This document shows, piece after piece, positions 54,080-64,000 of a DNA stretch of 64,000 nt (position 1 is its first letter; each line of letters begins with the position of its first letter). The position numbers and the translations under genes are program-made. Below the pieces are notes generated by a model, which was given only the letters and a program-made list of their open reading frames with translations, had not been told where the DNA came from and did not search any database. This DNA comes from Flammeovirgaceae bacterium (GTDB lineage Bacteria > Bacteroidota > Bacteroidia > Cytophagales > Cyclobacteriaceae): assembly GCA_021298015.1 (NCBI GenBank), contig JAJTGY010000013.1, positions 15,445 to 79,444 on the forward strand, given 5' to 3'.

Positions 54080-54712
54080 ATGCCTGGAATTATAGGACGC
54101 AAAATTGGGATGACCAGTGTATTTGGCCCGGACGGCCAGAGCCAGCCGGTCACCGTAATTGAAGCCGGCCCCTGTGTGGTGACTCAGGTAAAAAATGAGG
54201 ACACTGACGGGTACCGTGCTGTTCAACTCGCGTTTGGCGACAAGAAGGAGAAAAACTCCACCAAGCCTCTGGTAGGTCATTTCAAAAAGGCCAACACTAC
54301 GCCTAAGCGCGCAGTGGCAGAGTTTCGTGACTTCCGTAAGGAGTTTGAAGGAATCGTTGAATTAGGAAAAGAGATTCGGGTTCAGGATGTATTCGCGGAA
54401 GGCGATTTCCTGGATGCGGTCGGAACTTCCAAAGGTCGCGGGTTCCAGGGAGTGGTGAAGCGTCACGGCTTTAGTGGAGTAGGAGGGCAGACTCACGGTC
54501 AACATAACCGTTTGCGCGCACCCGGTTCCATGGGTAACGCTTCTTTTGCTTCGCGCGTCATCAAGGGCAAGCGTTTGGCTGGCCGTATGGGTGGCGATCG
54601 GGTAAAGGTGACCAACCTGAAAGTGGTGAAAATCATGCCGGAGCAAAACCTGATTCTGATCAGCGGCTCCGTTCCCGGTCCTAAAAATTCAACGATAATT
54701 CTGCAAAAGTGA
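54080..54712 (+). CDS. rplC: 50S ribosomal protein L3
   Basis: [15 protein letters not shown]..., 210 aa. Confidence 0.97.
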   Translation: MPGIIGRKIGMTSVFGPDGQSQPVTVIEAGPCVVTQVKNEDTDGYRAVQLAFGDKKEKNSTKPLVGHFKKANTTPKRAVAEFRDFRKEFEGIVELGKEIRVQDVFAEGDFLDAVGTSKGRGFQGVVKRHGFSGVGGQTHGQHNRLRAPGSMGNASFASRVIKGKRLAGRMGGDRVKVTNLKVVKIMPEQNLILISGSVPGPKNSTIILQK

Positions 54713-55344
54713 TGGACGTAGCTGTTATTAAGTATAGTGGTGAGCAGACAGGCCGCAAGGTGAGCCTGAACAGCGATGTGTTTGGCATAGAGCCGAACGA
54801 CCACGCCATTTGGCTGGATGTAAAGAGCTTTTTGACTAACCAGCGCCAGGGCACGCACAAATCCAAGCAGCGTAACGAAATCACCGGCTCGTCAAAGAAG
54901 ATTAAGAAGCAAAAAGGAACAGGCGGTGCCCGTGCGGGGAACATCAAAAACCCCCAGTTTAAAGGTGGTGGCCGCGTTTTTGGTCCCACGCCCCGCGATT
55001 ACTCCTTCAAGCTGAATAAAAAAGTTAAAGACCTTGCCCGCAAGTCAGCTCTCAGCTACAAGGCAAAAGATAACTCGATAGCTGTGGTGGAAGATTTCAA
55101 TTTCGAGAAGCCCCAAACCAAGCAATACCTGAGCATGCTCAAGTCATTGGCGGTGGGGGATAAGAAGACCTTGCTGGTATTGCCCGAGGCAAACCGTTCG
55201 GTTGCTCTGTCGGGTCGCAACATACCCAACACGAAAGTGGTAACGGCTGGTCAGCTTAATACGTACGATGTAATCAATGCCGATAGCCTGATTCTCGTAG
55301 AGAGCTCCGTTAACAAAATTGACTCCATTTTAAATAAGAAGTAA
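54712..55344 (+). CDS. rplD: 50S ribosomal protein L4
   Basis: [10 protein letters not shown] motif. The ATG at 54712 overlaps the rplC stop (TGATG). Confidence 0.96.
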   Translation: MDVAVIKYSGEQTGRKVSLNSDVFGIEPNDHAIWLDVKSFLTNQRQGTHKSKQRNEITGSSKKIKKQKGTGGARAGNIKNPQFKGGGRVFGPTPRDYSFKLNKKVKDLARKSALSYKAKDNSIAVVEDFNFEKPQTKQYLSMLKSLAVGDKKTLLVLPEANRSVALSGRNIPNTKVVTAGQLNTYDVINADSLILVESSVNKIDSILNKK

Positions 55345-55345
55345 A

Positions 55346-55633
55346 ATGAGCGTGCTGAAGAGACCTTTGGTAACCGAAAAAGTTTCGGCCCTCAACGAAA
55401 AAGGAAAGTATGGCTTCATTGTCGATATGGACGCCAACAAAGTGGAGATTAAGAATGCCGTAGAAAGGAAGTACGGTGTTAATGTGGAGAAGGTGAACAC
55501 GGTCACCGTGATGGGTAAGTCCAAGACCCGTTACACCAAGGCCGGCTTTGTATCGGGCCGCAAGCCCAATTACAAGAAGGCCATTGTTACGCTGGTGTCG
55601 GGTGAGGTGATTGATTTTTATAACAACGTTTAA
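55346..55633 (+). CDS. rplW: 50S ribosomal protein L23
   Basis: 95 aa. LKRPLVTEKVSAL...ANKVEIKNAVERKYGVNVEKVNT. Confidence 0.96.
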   Translation: MSVLKRPLVTEKVSALNEKGKYGFIVDMDANKVEIKNAVERKYGVNVEKVNTVTVMGKSKTRYTKAGFVSGRKPNYKKAIVTLVSGEVIDFYNNV

Positions 55634-55653
55634 TCGAAAGCCGAGCATAGGTC

Positions 55654-56478
55654 ATGGCACTAAAGAAATTAAAACCCGTAACTCCCGGTACCCGCCACAG
55701 GTTGGCCCCCGGCTTTGATGATATTACCGAGAGCCGCCCGGAGAAGTCACTGTTGGCCCCATTGAGAAAAAGCGGTGGTCGTAACAATGTGGGTCACCTC
55801 ACGATGCGCTACATCGGTGGAGGCCACAAGCAGAAGCTGCGCATCATCGATTTCAAGCGCGATAAGTTTGATGTTCCGGCTACCGTGAAGTCAATCGAAT
55901 ACGATCCGACCCGTTCCGCTCGTCTGGCTAAACTTTACTATGCCGATGGCGCAAAGGCCTACATCATTGCCCCCCAGGGGTTGAAAGTAGGTCAGAAGGT
56001 AATGTCGGGTAAGGAAGTAGCACCGGAAGTAGGTAACGCGCTGCCGTTGGCGAAGATCCCGGTGGGTACGATTGTACACAACGTGGAGATTAAGCCGGGC
56101 AAAGGTGCGTCCATCGCCCGCAGTGCCGGCTCCTTTGTTCAGTTAGTAGCCCGCGAAGGTGGTTATGCTACGCTGAAAATGCCGAGTGGCGAGATGCGCA
56201 ATGTGCTCGATCGCTGCATGGCTACCGTTGGTGCGGTAAGCAATGCTGATCACATGAATGAAAGTGTGGGCAAGGCCGGTCGCAGCCGTTGGAGAGGTAT
56301 TCGTCCGCGCACGCGTGGTGTGGCGATGAACCCGGTTGATCACCCGATGGGTGGTGGCGAAGGTCGCGCTTCTGGCGGTCACCCGCGCTCACGCAAGGGC
56401 TTGTACACGAAGGGTAAGAAGACCCGTCACCCGAAGAAGTATTCTGACAACTTAATCATTGCAAGGAGGAAGAAGTAA
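55654..56478 (+). CDS. rplB: 50S ribosomal protein L2
   Basis: 274 aa. [15 protein letters not shown] and the [16 protein letters not shown] motif. Confidence 0.98.
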   Translation: MALKKLKPVTPGTRHRLAPGFDDITESRPEKSLLAPLRKSGGRNNVGHLTMRYIGGGHKQKLRIIDFKRDKFDVPATVKSIEYDPTRSARLAKLYYADGAKAYIIAPQGLKVGQKVMSGKEVAPEVGNALPLAKIPVGTIVHNVEIKPGKGASIARSAGSFVQLVAREGGYATLKMPSGEMRNVLDRCMATVGAVSNADHMNESVGKAGRSRWRGIRPRTRGVAMNPVDHPMGGGEGRASGGHPRSRKGLYTKGKKTRHPKKYSDNLIIARRKK

Positions 56479-56768
56479 TGGGACGTTCAGTAAAAAAAGG
56501 ACCATACCTGGACGCGCGCCTCGCCAAGAAGGTGAGTGCCGCTGAAACATCCGGGAAAAAATCGGTGATCAAAACATGGTCGCGCAGGAGCACCATTACT
56601 CCGGAGCTCATCGGCCATACGTTTGCCGTGCACAATGGAAATAAATTTATCCCCGTGTATGTAACCGAGAACATGGTGGGCCACAAGCTGGGTGAATTTG
56701 CACCCACCCGCACGTTCAAGGGTCACTCGGGCAACAACAAAGCAGAAGCGGCTGCCGCTGGCAAATAA
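56478..56768 (+). CDS. rpsS: 30S ribosomal protein S19
   Basis: [12 protein letters not shown]...[35 protein letters not shown]. Confidence 0.97.
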   Translation: MGRSVKKGPYLDARLAKKVSAAETSGKKSVIKTWSRRSTITPELIGHTFAVHNGNKFIPVYVTENMVGHKLGEFAPTRTFKGHSGNNKAEAAAAGK

Positions 56769-56793
56769 CCTCGGCACATTATACTAGCTGACT

Positions 56794-57255
56794 ATGGAAA
56801 CGACAGAGAAAAAGACGAAACGTTCGGTGCTGAAGCGGGCCAAGATTAAGGCTGTGAAAGAAGCGGCTAAAACCGGCCCCTCGGTAGCTTACCTGAACAA
56901 TGTGCCCACCTCACCGCGTAAAATGCGCCTGGTGGCCAATCTTATTCGTGGCCAGCGCGTGGCGCATGCCCTCAATATTCTTAAGTATGAGGCCAAGCAT
57001 CCGGCAGCCCGTCTGGAGAAGTTGTTGTTATCGGCTATCAGCAACTGGGAAGGTCGCAACAGCGATGGCAACGTGGCTGATCTGTATGTAAAAGAAATTT
57101 TTGTTGACGGGGGCCGCATTTTGAAGCGTCTTCGTCCGGCACCGCAGGGCCGCGCTCACCGCATCCGCAAGCGCAGCAACCACGTGTCAATTGTGCTGGA
57201 TCGTATGCCGGCCGAAGCGAAAACTGAAGTAGCGGTAACTGAAACCAAGGAATAA
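56794..57255 (+). CDS. rplV: 50S ribosomal protein L22 (with N- and C-terminal extensions)
   Basis: [24 protein letters not shown] core, 153 aa. Confidence 0.95.
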   Translation: METTEKKTKRSVLKRAKIKAVKEAAKTGPSVAYLNNVPTSPRKMRLVANLIRGQRVAHALNILKYEAKHPAARLEKLLLSAISNWEGRNSDGNVADLYVKEIFVDGGRILKRLRPAPQGRAHRIRKRSNHVSIVLDRMPAEAKTEVAVTETKE

Positions 57256-58034
57256 TGGGACAAAAAATTAATCCGGTAGGCTTGCGCCTGGGCATCATCC
57301 GCGGTTGGGATTCCAACTGGTTCGGTGGTAAAACATTTTCGGATAAGCTGGTGGAAGACCAGAAGATACGCAAATACATTGATGCCCGCATTCAAAAAGC
57401 CGGCATTGCCAAGATTGTGATTGAGCGCACGTTGAAGCGCATCACCCTGACCATTCACACGGCCCGTCCGGGTGTGGTAATTGGTAAAGGCGGTGGCGAG
57501 GTAGATAAGATCAAAGAAGAGTTAAAGAAGCTCACCGGCAAGGATGTGCAGATTAACATCTTCGAGATCAAGCGTCCCGAGTTGGATGCCCGGTTGGTTG
57601 GCGAGTCGATTGCACAGCAACTGGAAGCCCGTATTTCGTACCGCAGAGCGATGAAGCAGGCAATTGCCTCTTCTATGCGTGTAGGTGCAGAGGGTATCAA
57701 AGTGAAATTGTCGGGTCGTTTGGCGGGTGCTGATATGGCCCGCACGGAACAATACAAAGAAGGCCGCATTCCCTTGCACACCCTCCGCGCAGATATCGAT
57801 TATGCGATTTCAGAAGCCCAGACGGTGTACGGTAAGATTGGTATCAAGGTATGGATTTTCAAAGGTGAGGTTTATGGCAAGCGTGATCTCTCCCCGAACA
57901 TCGGTATGATCAGCAATGAGCGTGGCGACAGCGGCAAAGGCGGTGGCGCACCGGCTCGTGGAGGTCGTGGAGGAGACCGCAGAGAGCGTGGTGGTCCGCG
58001 CAGGGAGCGTGACCGCGATCGAAATAAGGAATAA
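57255..58034 (+). CDS. rpsC: 30S ribosomal protein S3 (with an Arg/Gly-rich C-terminal tail)
   Basis: [20 protein letters not shown]...; 259 aa; the tail is [33 protein letters not shown]. Confidence 0.97.
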   Translation: MGQKINPVGLRLGIIRGWDSNWFGGKTFSDKLVEDQKIRKYIDARIQKAGIAKIVIERTLKRITLTIHTARPGVVIGKGGGEVDKIKEELKKLTGKDVQINIFEIKRPELDARLVGESIAQQLEARISYRRAMKQAIASSMRVGAEGIKVKLSGRLAGADMARTEQYKEGRIPLHTLRADIDYAISEAQTVYGKIGIKVWIFKGEVYGKRDLSPNIGMISNERGDSGKGGGAPARGGRGGDRRERGGPRRERDRDRNKE

Positions 58035-58057
58035 CAGGTTGAGAAAATAGATTAGTC

Positions 58058-58480
58058 ATGTTACAACCGAAGCGTACTAAGTTCAGAAAGACTCAAAAAG
58101 GCCGCGTAAAGGGTTTGGCGACCCGCGGACATCAGATTGCCTTTGGATCCTTTGCTTTGAAAGCGGTGGAGCCAGGTTGGATTACCGCCCGCCAGTTGGA
58201 AGCTGCCCGTGTGGCGGTAACCCGCGCCATGAAGCGTGAAGGCCAGGTGTGGATTCGCATTTTCCCGGATAAACCCGTTACCCGCAAACCTGCCGAGGTA
58301 CGTATGGGTAAGGGTAAAGGTGCGCCCGAGTATTGGGTGGCTGTGGTTAAACCCGGCACCATTCTGTTCGAGGCTGGTGGTGTAACCATGGCAACGGCCA
58401 AAGAAGCGTTGGCACTGGCCGATGGCAAATTGCCCATCAAAACAAGATTCAGTGTTCGCAGAGATTACGTGGAAGGTTAA
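58058..58480 (+). CDS. rplP: 50S ribosomal protein L16
   Basis: [16 protein letters not shown]..., 140 aa. Confidence 0.98.
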   Translation: MLQPKRTKFRKTQKGRVKGLATRGHQIAFGSFALKAVEPGWITARQLEAARVAVTRAMKREGQVWIRIFPDKPVTRKPAEVRMGKGKGAPEYWVAVVKPGTILFEAGGVTMATAKEALALADGKLPIKTRFSVRRDYVEG

Positions 58481-58492
58481 TCAGCAAAGGGT

Positions 58493-58687
58493 ATGAAAAA
58501 TCAGGAGATCAAATCACTTACCGTTGACGAACTGAAAGAGAAGATCGGTTCAGAGCAGGAGAACCTTCGCAAGCTGCAGTTTGCCCACCAGGTGTCGGCC
58601 ATTGAAAACCCGATGCGCCTGCGCGAGAATCGCAGACTGATAGCCCGGTTGAATACCGAATTAACAGCCAGAACGAAAACGAAATAA
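58493..58687 (+). CDS. rpmC: 50S ribosomal protein L29
   Basis: 64 aa. The L..L..K....[28 protein letters not shown] pattern and its position between L16 and S17. Confidence 0.93.
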   Translation: MKNQEIKSLTVDELKEKIGSEQENLRKLQFAHQVSAIENPMRLRENRRLIARLNTELTARTKTK

Positions 58688-58707
58688 CAGGCTTCGGCCC
58701 CCAGGTT

Positions 58708-58965
58708 ATGGAAGATAGAAACTTACGGAAAGAAAGAGTCGGTCGGGTTGTCAGCAATAAAATGCAGAAGACCATCACCATTGCGGTTGATCGTAAAGTG
58801 AAGCATCCGATTTATGGCAAGTTCATGAACAAGACCACCAAGTTCATGGCTCATGACGAAAAGAATGAGGCCGGTATCGGTGATACCGTACGCATTATGG
58901 AAACCCGTCCGCTGAGCAAAAACAAGCGGTGGAGACTAGTAGAAGTAATTGAAAAAGCGAAGTAA
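58708..58965 (+). CDS. rpsQ: 30S ribosomal protein S17
   Basis: [32 protein letters not shown]..., 85 aa. Confidence 0.96.
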   Translation: MEDRNLRKERVGRVVSNKMQKTITIAVDRKVKHPIYGKFMNKTTKFMAHDEKNEAGIGDTVRIMETRPLSKNKRWRLVEVIEKAK

Positions 58966-58967
58966 TC

Positions 58968-59336
58968 ATGATTAAGACTGAAACCCGCTTAACCGTAGCC
59001 GACAACAGTGGTGCCAAAGAGGTGCTCTGCTTGCACGTATTGGGTGGCACCCACAGACGTTCGGCCTCCGTTGGTGACAAAATTGTGGTTACCGTGAAGT
59101 CGGCCCTGCCCACCAGCCAGGTAAAGAAAGGAACCGTTTCGAAAGCCGTTGTGGTGCGCACTACCAAAGAGGTAAGACGTAAGGACGGCAGCTACATCCG
59201 CTTCGAAGATAACGCGGCCGTGTTGCTCAATGCTCAGGACGAACCCCGTGGCACCCGCATTTTCGGACCGGTAGCGCGCGAACTGCGCGAGAAGCAGTTT
59301 ATGAAGATTGTATCACTGGCCCCCGAAGTATTGTAA
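58968..59336 (+). CDS. rplN: 50S ribosomal protein L14
   Basis: [19 protein letters not shown]..., 122 aa. Confidence 0.98.
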   Translation: MIKTETRLTVADNSGAKEVLCLHVLGGTHRRSASVGDKIVVTVKSALPTSQVKKGTVSKAVVVRTTKEVRRKDGSYIRFEDNAAVLLNAQDEPRGTRIFGPVARELREKQFMKIVSLAPEVL

Positions 59337-59339
59337 GCC

Positions 59340-59681
59340 ATGGAAAGGAAGCATAACAAACAGCCCAAGCTGCACATTCGTAAAGGTGACACCGTAAAGG
59401 TGCTGGCCGGAAATGACAAAGGAAAAACCGGCCGCGTGCAAGAGGTTTTCCCGAAGGAAAATCGTGCCGTGGTGGAAGGGATCAATATCGTGACCAAGCA
59501 CCAGAAGCCCACAGCCGGTAAGCCGGAAGGTGGCATTAAGAAGACGGAAGCGCCCGTTCACATCAGCAATTTAATGTTGATTGATCCGGCTTCCGGCAAA
59601 CCCACACGTGTTGGCCGCAAGCGTGACGAGAAAGGATCGTTACAGCGCTACGCAAAAGAGACAGGAGAATTCATTAAGTAA
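59340..59681 (+). CDS. rplX: 50S ribosomal protein L24
   Basis: [23 protein letters not shown] is the KOW motif. 113 aa. Confidence 0.96.
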   Translation: MERKHNKQPKLHIRKGDTVKVLAGNDKGKTGRVQEVFPKENRAVVEGINIVTKHQKPTAGKPEGGIKKTEAPVHISNLMLIDPASGKPTRVGRKRDEKGSLQRYAKETGEFIK

Positions 59682-59689
59682 TTGATGTT

Positions 59690-60241
59690 ATGGCAACGCC
59701 CAGACTAAAGGAGAAATACACCAAGGAAATCGTACCGGCCCTGAAGCAGAAGTTTCAGTATAAGTCGGTCATGCAGGTGCCCAAGATTGAGAAGATCTGC
59801 ATCAACAAAGGCGTGGGTGCAGCCGTAGCCGACAAGAAGTTGGTTGATGTGGCGATCGAAGAGATCACCACCATTACCGGACAAAAGGCGGTTTCGACCA
59901 AGTCGAAGAAGGCAATTTCGAACTTCAAATTGCGTGAGAACTTGCCGATTGGTGTACGCGTCACTTTGCGCGGCAGTAAGATGTATGAGTTCATGGACCG
60001 GCTGATGAACGTGGCCCTTCCCCGGGTGCGCGACTTCCGTGGCGTGAGTGATAAGGGCTTTGATGGCCGTGGTAACTACACGCTGGGCGTAAAGGAGCAG
60101 ATCATCTTCCCCGAAATCTCGATTGACAAGGTGCAGAAGATTAATGGTATGGACATCACGTTTGTGACTACCGCCCGCACGGATGAAGAAAGTTATGCGC
60201 TCCTGAAGGCTTTCGGGATGCCGTTTGTGAACAAAAACTAA
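59690..60241 (+). CDS. rplE: 50S ribosomal protein L5
   Basis: [32 protein letters not shown]..., 183 aa. Confidence 0.97.
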   Translation: MATPRLKEKYTKEIVPALKQKFQYKSVMQVPKIEKICINKGVGAAVADKKLVDVAIEEITTITGQKAVSTKSKKAISNFKLRENLPIGVRVTLRGSKMYEFMDRLMNVALPRVRDFRGVSDKGFDGRGNYTLGVKEQIIFPEISIDKVQKINGMDITFVTTARTDEESYALLKAFGMPFVNKN

Positions 60242-60249
60242 CAGGTAAC

Positions 60250-60519
60250 ATGGCTAAATTATCGATCGTTGCCAGAACCCAGAAGAAGGAAGAATTGGTG
60301 AAGCGTTTTGCAGCTAAGCGCAAGGCTTTGAAAGAAGCTGGCGAATATGCTGCCCTGGATAAGCTGCCCCGCAGTTCATCGGCCGTGCGTTTGCGCAGCC
60401 GGTGCAAGCTTACGGGCCGCCCCCGTGGCTATATGCGGAAGTTCGGCATTTGCCGTAACCAGTTCCGCCAGATGGCCCTGGAAGGCAAGATTCCGGGCCT
60501 CACCAAAGCGAGCTGGTAG
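60250..60519 (+). CDS. rpsN: 30S ribosomal protein S14 (long, non-zinc type)
   Basis: 89 aa with C-terminal [39 protein letters not shown]. Confidence 0.96.
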   Translation: MAKLSIVARTQKKEELVKRFAAKRKALKEAGEYAALDKLPRSSSAVRLRSRCKLTGRPRGYMRKFGICRNQFRQMALEGKIPGLTKASW

Positions 60520-60620
60520 CGCGTTTTGACATATAGGTTGCTGAGTATCAAGGTCGTAGAGGGCCAAAAAAGCCCGAAACGAAACCAGATGACAGTCTTG
60601 GATAACAGAAATTGTTCTGA

Positions 60621-60628
60621 TACCTTTG
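60621..60628 (+). promoter_or_regulatory. internal -7 promoter-like box (TACCTTTG) in the rpsN-rpsH spacer
   Basis: Matches TAnnTTTG, with a TTG 20 nt upstream (60598-60600). A hairpin plus T-run follows immediately. Confidence 0.4.
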
Positions 60629-60660
60629 CAGCCCCGTTTAAAAATGGGGTTTGCTTTTTT
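60628..60660 (+). promoter_or_regulatory. terminator/attenuator-like hairpin upstream of rpsH
   Basis: GCAGCCCC-GTTTAAAAAT-GGGGTTTGC (imperfect, with one bulge or wobble) is followed by TTTTTT. It lies 17 nt upstream of the rpsH ATG. Confidence 0.45.
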
Positions 60661-60676
60661 ATAAAGCGGAAGTAAA

Positions 60677-61081
60677 ATGAAGACAACAGACCCAATTGCA
60701 GATTACTTGACCCGGTTGCGCAACGCAATCAAGGCCCGCCACCGTGTGGTGGAGGTGCCGGCTTCGAACATCAAGAAGGAAATGACCAAGGTGTTGTTCG
60801 AGAAGGGGTACATCCTCAACTACAAGTTTGAGGCAACGGAAAACAAGCAGGGTACGATCAAAATCGCCCTCAAGTACAATCCGGAGACGAAAGAGTCGGC
60901 CATCACCAGCCTCCAGCGCGTGAGTACACCCGGCTTGCGTCAGTACCGCCCGGCCGACAGCCTGCCGCGCGTACTCAACGGTTTGGGCATTGCCATTCTG
61001 TCTACATCGAAAGGTGTGATCACCGACAAGGAGGCAAAGGCACTCAATGTGGGTGGTGAGGTTTTATGTCTGGTTTATTAA
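60677..61081 (+). CDS. rpsH: 30S ribosomal protein S8
   Basis: [13 protein letters not shown]..., 134 aa. Confidence 0.97.
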   Translation: MKTTDPIADYLTRLRNAIKARHRVVEVPASNIKKEMTKVLFEKGYILNYKFEATENKQGTIKIALKYNPETKESAITSLQRVSTPGLRQYRPADSLPRVLNGLGIAILSTSKGVITDKEAKALNVGGEVLCLVY

Positions 61082-61093
61082 TTCAGAAGAGCC

Positions 61094-61645
61094 ATGTCAC
61101 GAATTGGAAATAAAGTTATCGAGTTGCCCAAGGGTGTGTCGTGCACATACGCCAACGGCAAGGTTTCGGTGAAGGGCCCCAAGGGTGAACTGCACCAGCC
61201 GATCAATGGCGATTTCAACATTAGCGTGGAAGAAGGGAAAGTGTCATTGAAGCGCCCCACGAACCAAAAGGAAGACAAATCGAAGCACGGTTTGTACCGC
61301 GCCTTGATTGCGAATATGGTTGAAGGTGTGACCAATGGCTATAAGCGCCAAATGGAGTTGGTGGGTGTAGGTTACAAGGCTTCCGCCCAGAACAATGTGC
61401 TGGAGTTGAGCCTTGGCTATTCGCACAGCGTGTTCGTTGCCGTGCCTACCGAAGTAAAGGTGCAGGCCGTTCAGGAGAAAGGGCAAAACCCGATGATTAT
61501 CCTGGAAGGTATCGACAAGCAATTGGTAGGTCAGATGGCCGCCAAAATCAAATCGCTCCGCAATGTGGAGCCTTATAAAGGAAAAGGTATTCGCTATGTG
61601 GGCGAGTATGTACGCAGAAAGGCTGGTAAGGCAGCTGCTAAATAA
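61094..61645 (+). CDS. rplF: 50S ribosomal protein L6
   Basis: MSRIGNKVIELPKGV..., 183 aa. Confidence 0.97.
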   Translation: MSRIGNKVIELPKGVSCTYANGKVSVKGPKGELHQPINGDFNISVEEGKVSLKRPTNQKEDKSKHGLYRALIANMVEGVTNGYKRQMELVGVGYKASAQNNVLELSLGYSHSVFVAVPTEVKVQAVQEKGQNPMIILEGIDKQLVGQMAAKIKSLRNVEPYKGKGIRYVGEYVRRKAGKAAAK

Positions 61646-61652
61646 TTGAGCT

Positions 61653-62009
61653 ATGGCGAACATTAAAACAAAAGCACAGCGGAGAGACCGGATCAAGATG
61701 GGCATCCGCAAGAAACTGGAAGGCACGCAACAACGCCCCCGTTTGTCGGTGTTCAAGAGCAACCGGGTTATTTATGCCCAGTTGATTGATGACTCCAAAG
61801 GTCACACGATCGCAGCTACTTCCTCAACCGAAGTTGACAAGAAGGGTGGCGTTAATCTCACCATCTCCAAGACGGTGGGCAAGAAGCTGGCCGAGAAGGC
61901 TGTCGCAGCCGGTGTGTCAGACATCGTGTTCGATCGCAACGGTTATTTGTATCACGGAAACATCAAAGCTTTGGCCGAAGGCGCCAGAGAGGGAGGTTTA
62001 AAATTTTAA
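61653..62009 (+). CDS. rplR: 50S ribosomal protein L18
   Basis: [20 protein letters not shown]...[19 protein letters not shown], 118 aa. Confidence 0.97.
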   Translation: MANIKTKAQRRDRIKMGIRKKLEGTQQRPRLSVFKSNRVIYAQLIDDSKGHTIAATSSTEVDKKGGVNLTISKTVGKKLAEKAVAAGVSDIVFDRNGYLYHGNIKALAEGAREGGLKF

Positions 62010-62013
62010 ACGC

Positions 62014-62532
62014 ATGACTCAGAGCAACGTCAGCACAGTAAAGGCCAGCGAAATCGACTTAAAAGAGAAAGTCGTTGCCATCCAACGCGTGGCAAAAGTG
62101 GTGAAAGGCGGAAGACGCTTCAGTTTTGCCGCGATTGTGGTGGTAGGTGATGGAAACGGTGTGGTGGGTTACGGACTTGGCAAAGCCAACGAAGTTCAGG
62201 ATGCCATTACCAAGGGTATCGATGATGCCAAGAAGCACCTGGTGAAGGTGCCGATCATCAACGGTACTGTTCCGCACGAATCGACCGGGAAGTTCGGTGG
62301 AGGTTTTGTGTTGTTGAAGCCGGCTTCGCCTGGTACCGGTGTTATTGCCGGTGGTGCCATGCGTGCCGTTTTGGATAGTGCCGGTGTGCACAATGTGTTG
62401 GCCAAGTCGAAAGGCTCGTCCAACCCGCACAATGTGGTGAAAGCCACGTTCAAGGCGTTGACCAGCATGCGCGATCCGTTTACGATTGCTCGCAACCGCG
62501 GAGTAGAGTTGTCAAAAGTATTTAATGGATAA
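62014..62532 (+). CDS. rpsE: 30S ribosomal protein S5
   Basis: [39 protein letters not shown]..., 172 aa. Confidence 0.98.
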   Translation: MTQSNVSTVKASEIDLKEKVVAIQRVAKVVKGGRRFSFAAIVVVGDGNGVVGYGLGKANEVQDAITKGIDDAKKHLVKVPIINGTVPHESTGKFGGGFVLLKPASPGTGVIAGGAMRAVLDSAGVHNVLAKSKGSSNPHNVVKATFKALTSMRDPFTIARNRGVELSKVFNG

Positions 62533-62536
62533 CACC

Positions 62537-62716
62537 ATGGCGAAGGTTAGAATCACACAAGTTCGCAGCATGATCAAGCGTGCCGAAACCCAGCAAAAGA
62601 CCATTTTGTCTTTAGGCCTGGGCAAGCGCCAGTCATTTGTAGAAGTGGAATATACCCCGCAAATCCAGGGTATGGTGAAAAAGGTAAGTCATTTGGTTAA
62701 GGTAACGGAGTTATAA
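62537..62716 (+). CDS. rpmD: 50S ribosomal protein L30
   Basis: MAKVRITQVRSMIKRAETQQKTILSLGLGK..., 59 aa. The ATG at 62537 is preferred over 62525, which overlaps rpsE. Confidence 0.93.
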   Translation: MAKVRITQVRSMIKRAETQQKTILSLGLGKRQSFVEVEYTPQIQGMVKKVSHLVKVTEL

Positions 62717-62717
62717 T

Positions 62718-63161
62718 ATGAAGCTGCACACACTAAAGCCGGCTGCCGGCTCAACCAAAACGAACAAGCGCCTGGGGCGCGGCCAGGGATCGGGTGGAAG
62801 CACGGCCGGTCGTGGTCACAAGGGTGCCCAGTCACGCTCGGGATATCACAAGAAGATCGGTTTCGAAGGCGGTCAGATGCCGTTGCAGAGACGTATCCCC
62901 AAGTTTGGCTTCAAGAATAACAATAAGATTTATTTCAAGAGCGTGAACCTGGATACGCTGGAATTGCTAGCCCAGAAAACCAAAGCCAGCGCCATCAGCG
63001 TGAAGGTGATGATTGAAAACGGAATTGTTGGAAAGAACGATAAAGTGAAAGTGCTGGGCCGTGGCGAGCTCAAGTCGAAAGTAAATGTGGAGGCACATGC
63101 CTTTTCAGATACGGCAACCAAAGCCATTGAAACAGTCGGAGGTACTGCAACGAAGATCTAA
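62718..63161 (+). CDS. rplO: 50S ribosomal protein L15
   Basis: LHTLKPAAGSTKTNKRLGRGQGSGGSTAGRGHKG..., 147 aa. Confidence 0.97.
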   Translation: MKLHTLKPAAGSTKTNKRLGRGQGSGGSTAGRGHKGAQSRSGYHKKIGFEGGQMPLQRRIPKFGFKNNNKIYFKSVNLDTLELLAQKTKASAISVKVMIENGIVGKNDKVKVLGRGELKSKVNVEAHAFSDTATKAIETVGGTATKI

Positions 63162-63164
63162 TCC

Positions 63165-64000
63165 ATGAAGCGGTTTTTTCAGACCATAAAGAACATTTTC
63201 TCGATTGAAGATTTGCGCACGCGAATCCTCAACACAATCGGCTTCCTGATCATTTTCCGGTTGGGCTCGTACATTGTGTTGCCGGGTATCGATGCGGTGG
63301 CGTTGGAAGCCCAACTGGCTTCGGGCGCGAACCAGAGCGGTATCTTCGGTCTGATCAACACTTTCCTGGGTGGCTCCTTCAGCCGCGTATCCATTTTTGC
63401 ACTCGGCATTATGCCGTACATCTCCGCCTCTATCGTCATCCAGTTGTTGACGGTGGCCGTTCCTCAGTTTTCCAAGATGCAGAAAGAGGGCGAAAGCGGC
63501 AGAAAGAAACTGAACCAGTACACGCGTGTCCTTACGATCTTCATTACGGCCGCCCAATCGTACGGCTATTTGCGCACCACGGTTCCTAACGAATTAATCT
63601 TATCACCCGGCTTCTTCTTCACGTTCTCTTCGATTGTGATTCTGGTGGCCGGCACCATGTTCTGTATGTGGTTAGGTGAGCGTATCACCGACAAGGGTAT
63701 CGGCAACGGTATCTCCATGCTGATCATGATCGGTATCGTATCCCGTTTCCCCTCGGCCATTGTTCAAGAATTCTTCGATAAGTCGGAGGGTGGCGCGCTG
63801 ATCATCTTTATTCTGGAATTGCTGGCCCTGTTCTTTGTGGTAGTGGGCGTTATCGCCCTGACCCAGGCGGTGCGCAGAATTCCGGTGCAGTATGCCAAGC
63901 AGGTGGTGGGCAACAAACTGTATGGGGGCAAGCGCGATTTCATTCCGTTGAAACTCAATTCATCCGGAGTTATGCCCATCATCTTTGCCCAGGCTTTGAT
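63165..64000 (+). CDS. secY: preprotein translocase subunit SecY, N-terminal part (runs off the right edge)
   Basis: My own translation from the ATG at 63165 is MKRFFQTIKNIFSIEDLRTRILNTIGFLIIFRLGSYIVLPGID...SIFALGIMPYISASIVIQLL. The frame is open to the window end. It occupies the canonical position after rplO. Confidence 0.93.
   Translation, partial: MKRFFQTIKNIFSIEDLRTRILNTIGFLIIFRLGSYIVLPGIDAVALEAQLASGANQSGIFGLINTFLGGSFSRVSIFALGIMPYISASIVIQLLTVAVPQFSKMQKEGESGRKKLNQYTRVLTIFITAAQSYGYLRTTVPNELILSPGFFFTFSSIVILVAGTMFCMWLGERITDKGIGNGISMLIMIGIVSRFPSAIVQEFFDKSEGGALIIFILELLALFFVVVGVIALTQAVRRIPVQYAKQVVGNKLYGGKRDFIPLKLNSSGVMPIIFAQAL

Noticed and set aside
60589-60675. A 28-codon upstream ORF ([28 protein letters not shown]) ends 1 nt before rpsH.
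   Set aside because: It is probably fortuitous. The promoter-like box lies inside it, and it has no features of a leader peptide (no runs of regulatory codons).
1-64000. I searched for CRISPR arrays, IS elements or transposases, integrases, phage genes and rRNA operons.
   Set aside because: No regularly spaced direct repeats, no DDE or tyrosine/serine recombinase-like ORFs and no rRNA-like sequence were seen. The only repeated elements noticed are the tRNA-derived fragments and the shared D-arm of the two tRNA-Leu genes.

Overview
This 64-kb window is a mostly core chromosomal segment that looks like Bacteroidota, probably the Cytophagia, Chitinophagia or Sphingobacteriia type. The evidence for that is a GldH gliding lipoprotein, many TAnnTTTG -7 promoter boxes about 19-20 nt downstream of a TTG, BshA, and tandem rhomboid genes after mutL. 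GC is roughly 50-55% judged by eye. All product calls come from motif recognition in the supplied translations and my own reading of the DNA; no database search was run.

Gene content, left to right:
- partial lysC, dnaK, and a gldH-PSP1-purD operon with a PIN toxin-antitoxin cassette wedged into it
- M1 peptidase, recQ, manC-like gene, rlmB-like gene, S8 peptidase
- a 1.5-kb protein-free tract holding tRNA-Leu(GAG), tRNA-Leu(CAG), tRNA-Thr(CGT) and tRNA debris
- Rrf2 regulator and 1-Cys peroxiredoxin, then DegT/GT2/Dabb and tRNA-Pro(CGG)
- a cobalamin locus: BtuF-like binding protein, cobalamin riboswitch, TonB-dependent receptor, DUF5522-like mini-protein, MeaB
- a CHASE2 plus FecR-like pair, sucD, PIN-PhoH
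- a vWA / ChlI-like AAA+ / AlbA_2 operon
- bshA, a GH3-beta-lactamase fusion, mutL with two rhomboids, rlmN
- a serine hydrolase / DUF1611 / dipeptide-epimerase cluster
- a visibly AT-richer island of about 2.8 kb containing a frameshifted Gly/Ser-linker lipoprotein
- FecCD/FecE-type ABC genes
- the rplC-to-secY ribosomal protein cluster, which lacks rpsJ upstream

I saw no CRISPR array, rRNA, transposase, integrase or phage genes.

The most interesting candidates are the vWA-AAA+-AlbA_2 operon, the low-GC lipoprotein island, the 0.9-kb structured non-coding tract next to the tRNAs, and the promoter-plus-terminator-like spacer between rpsN and rpsH.
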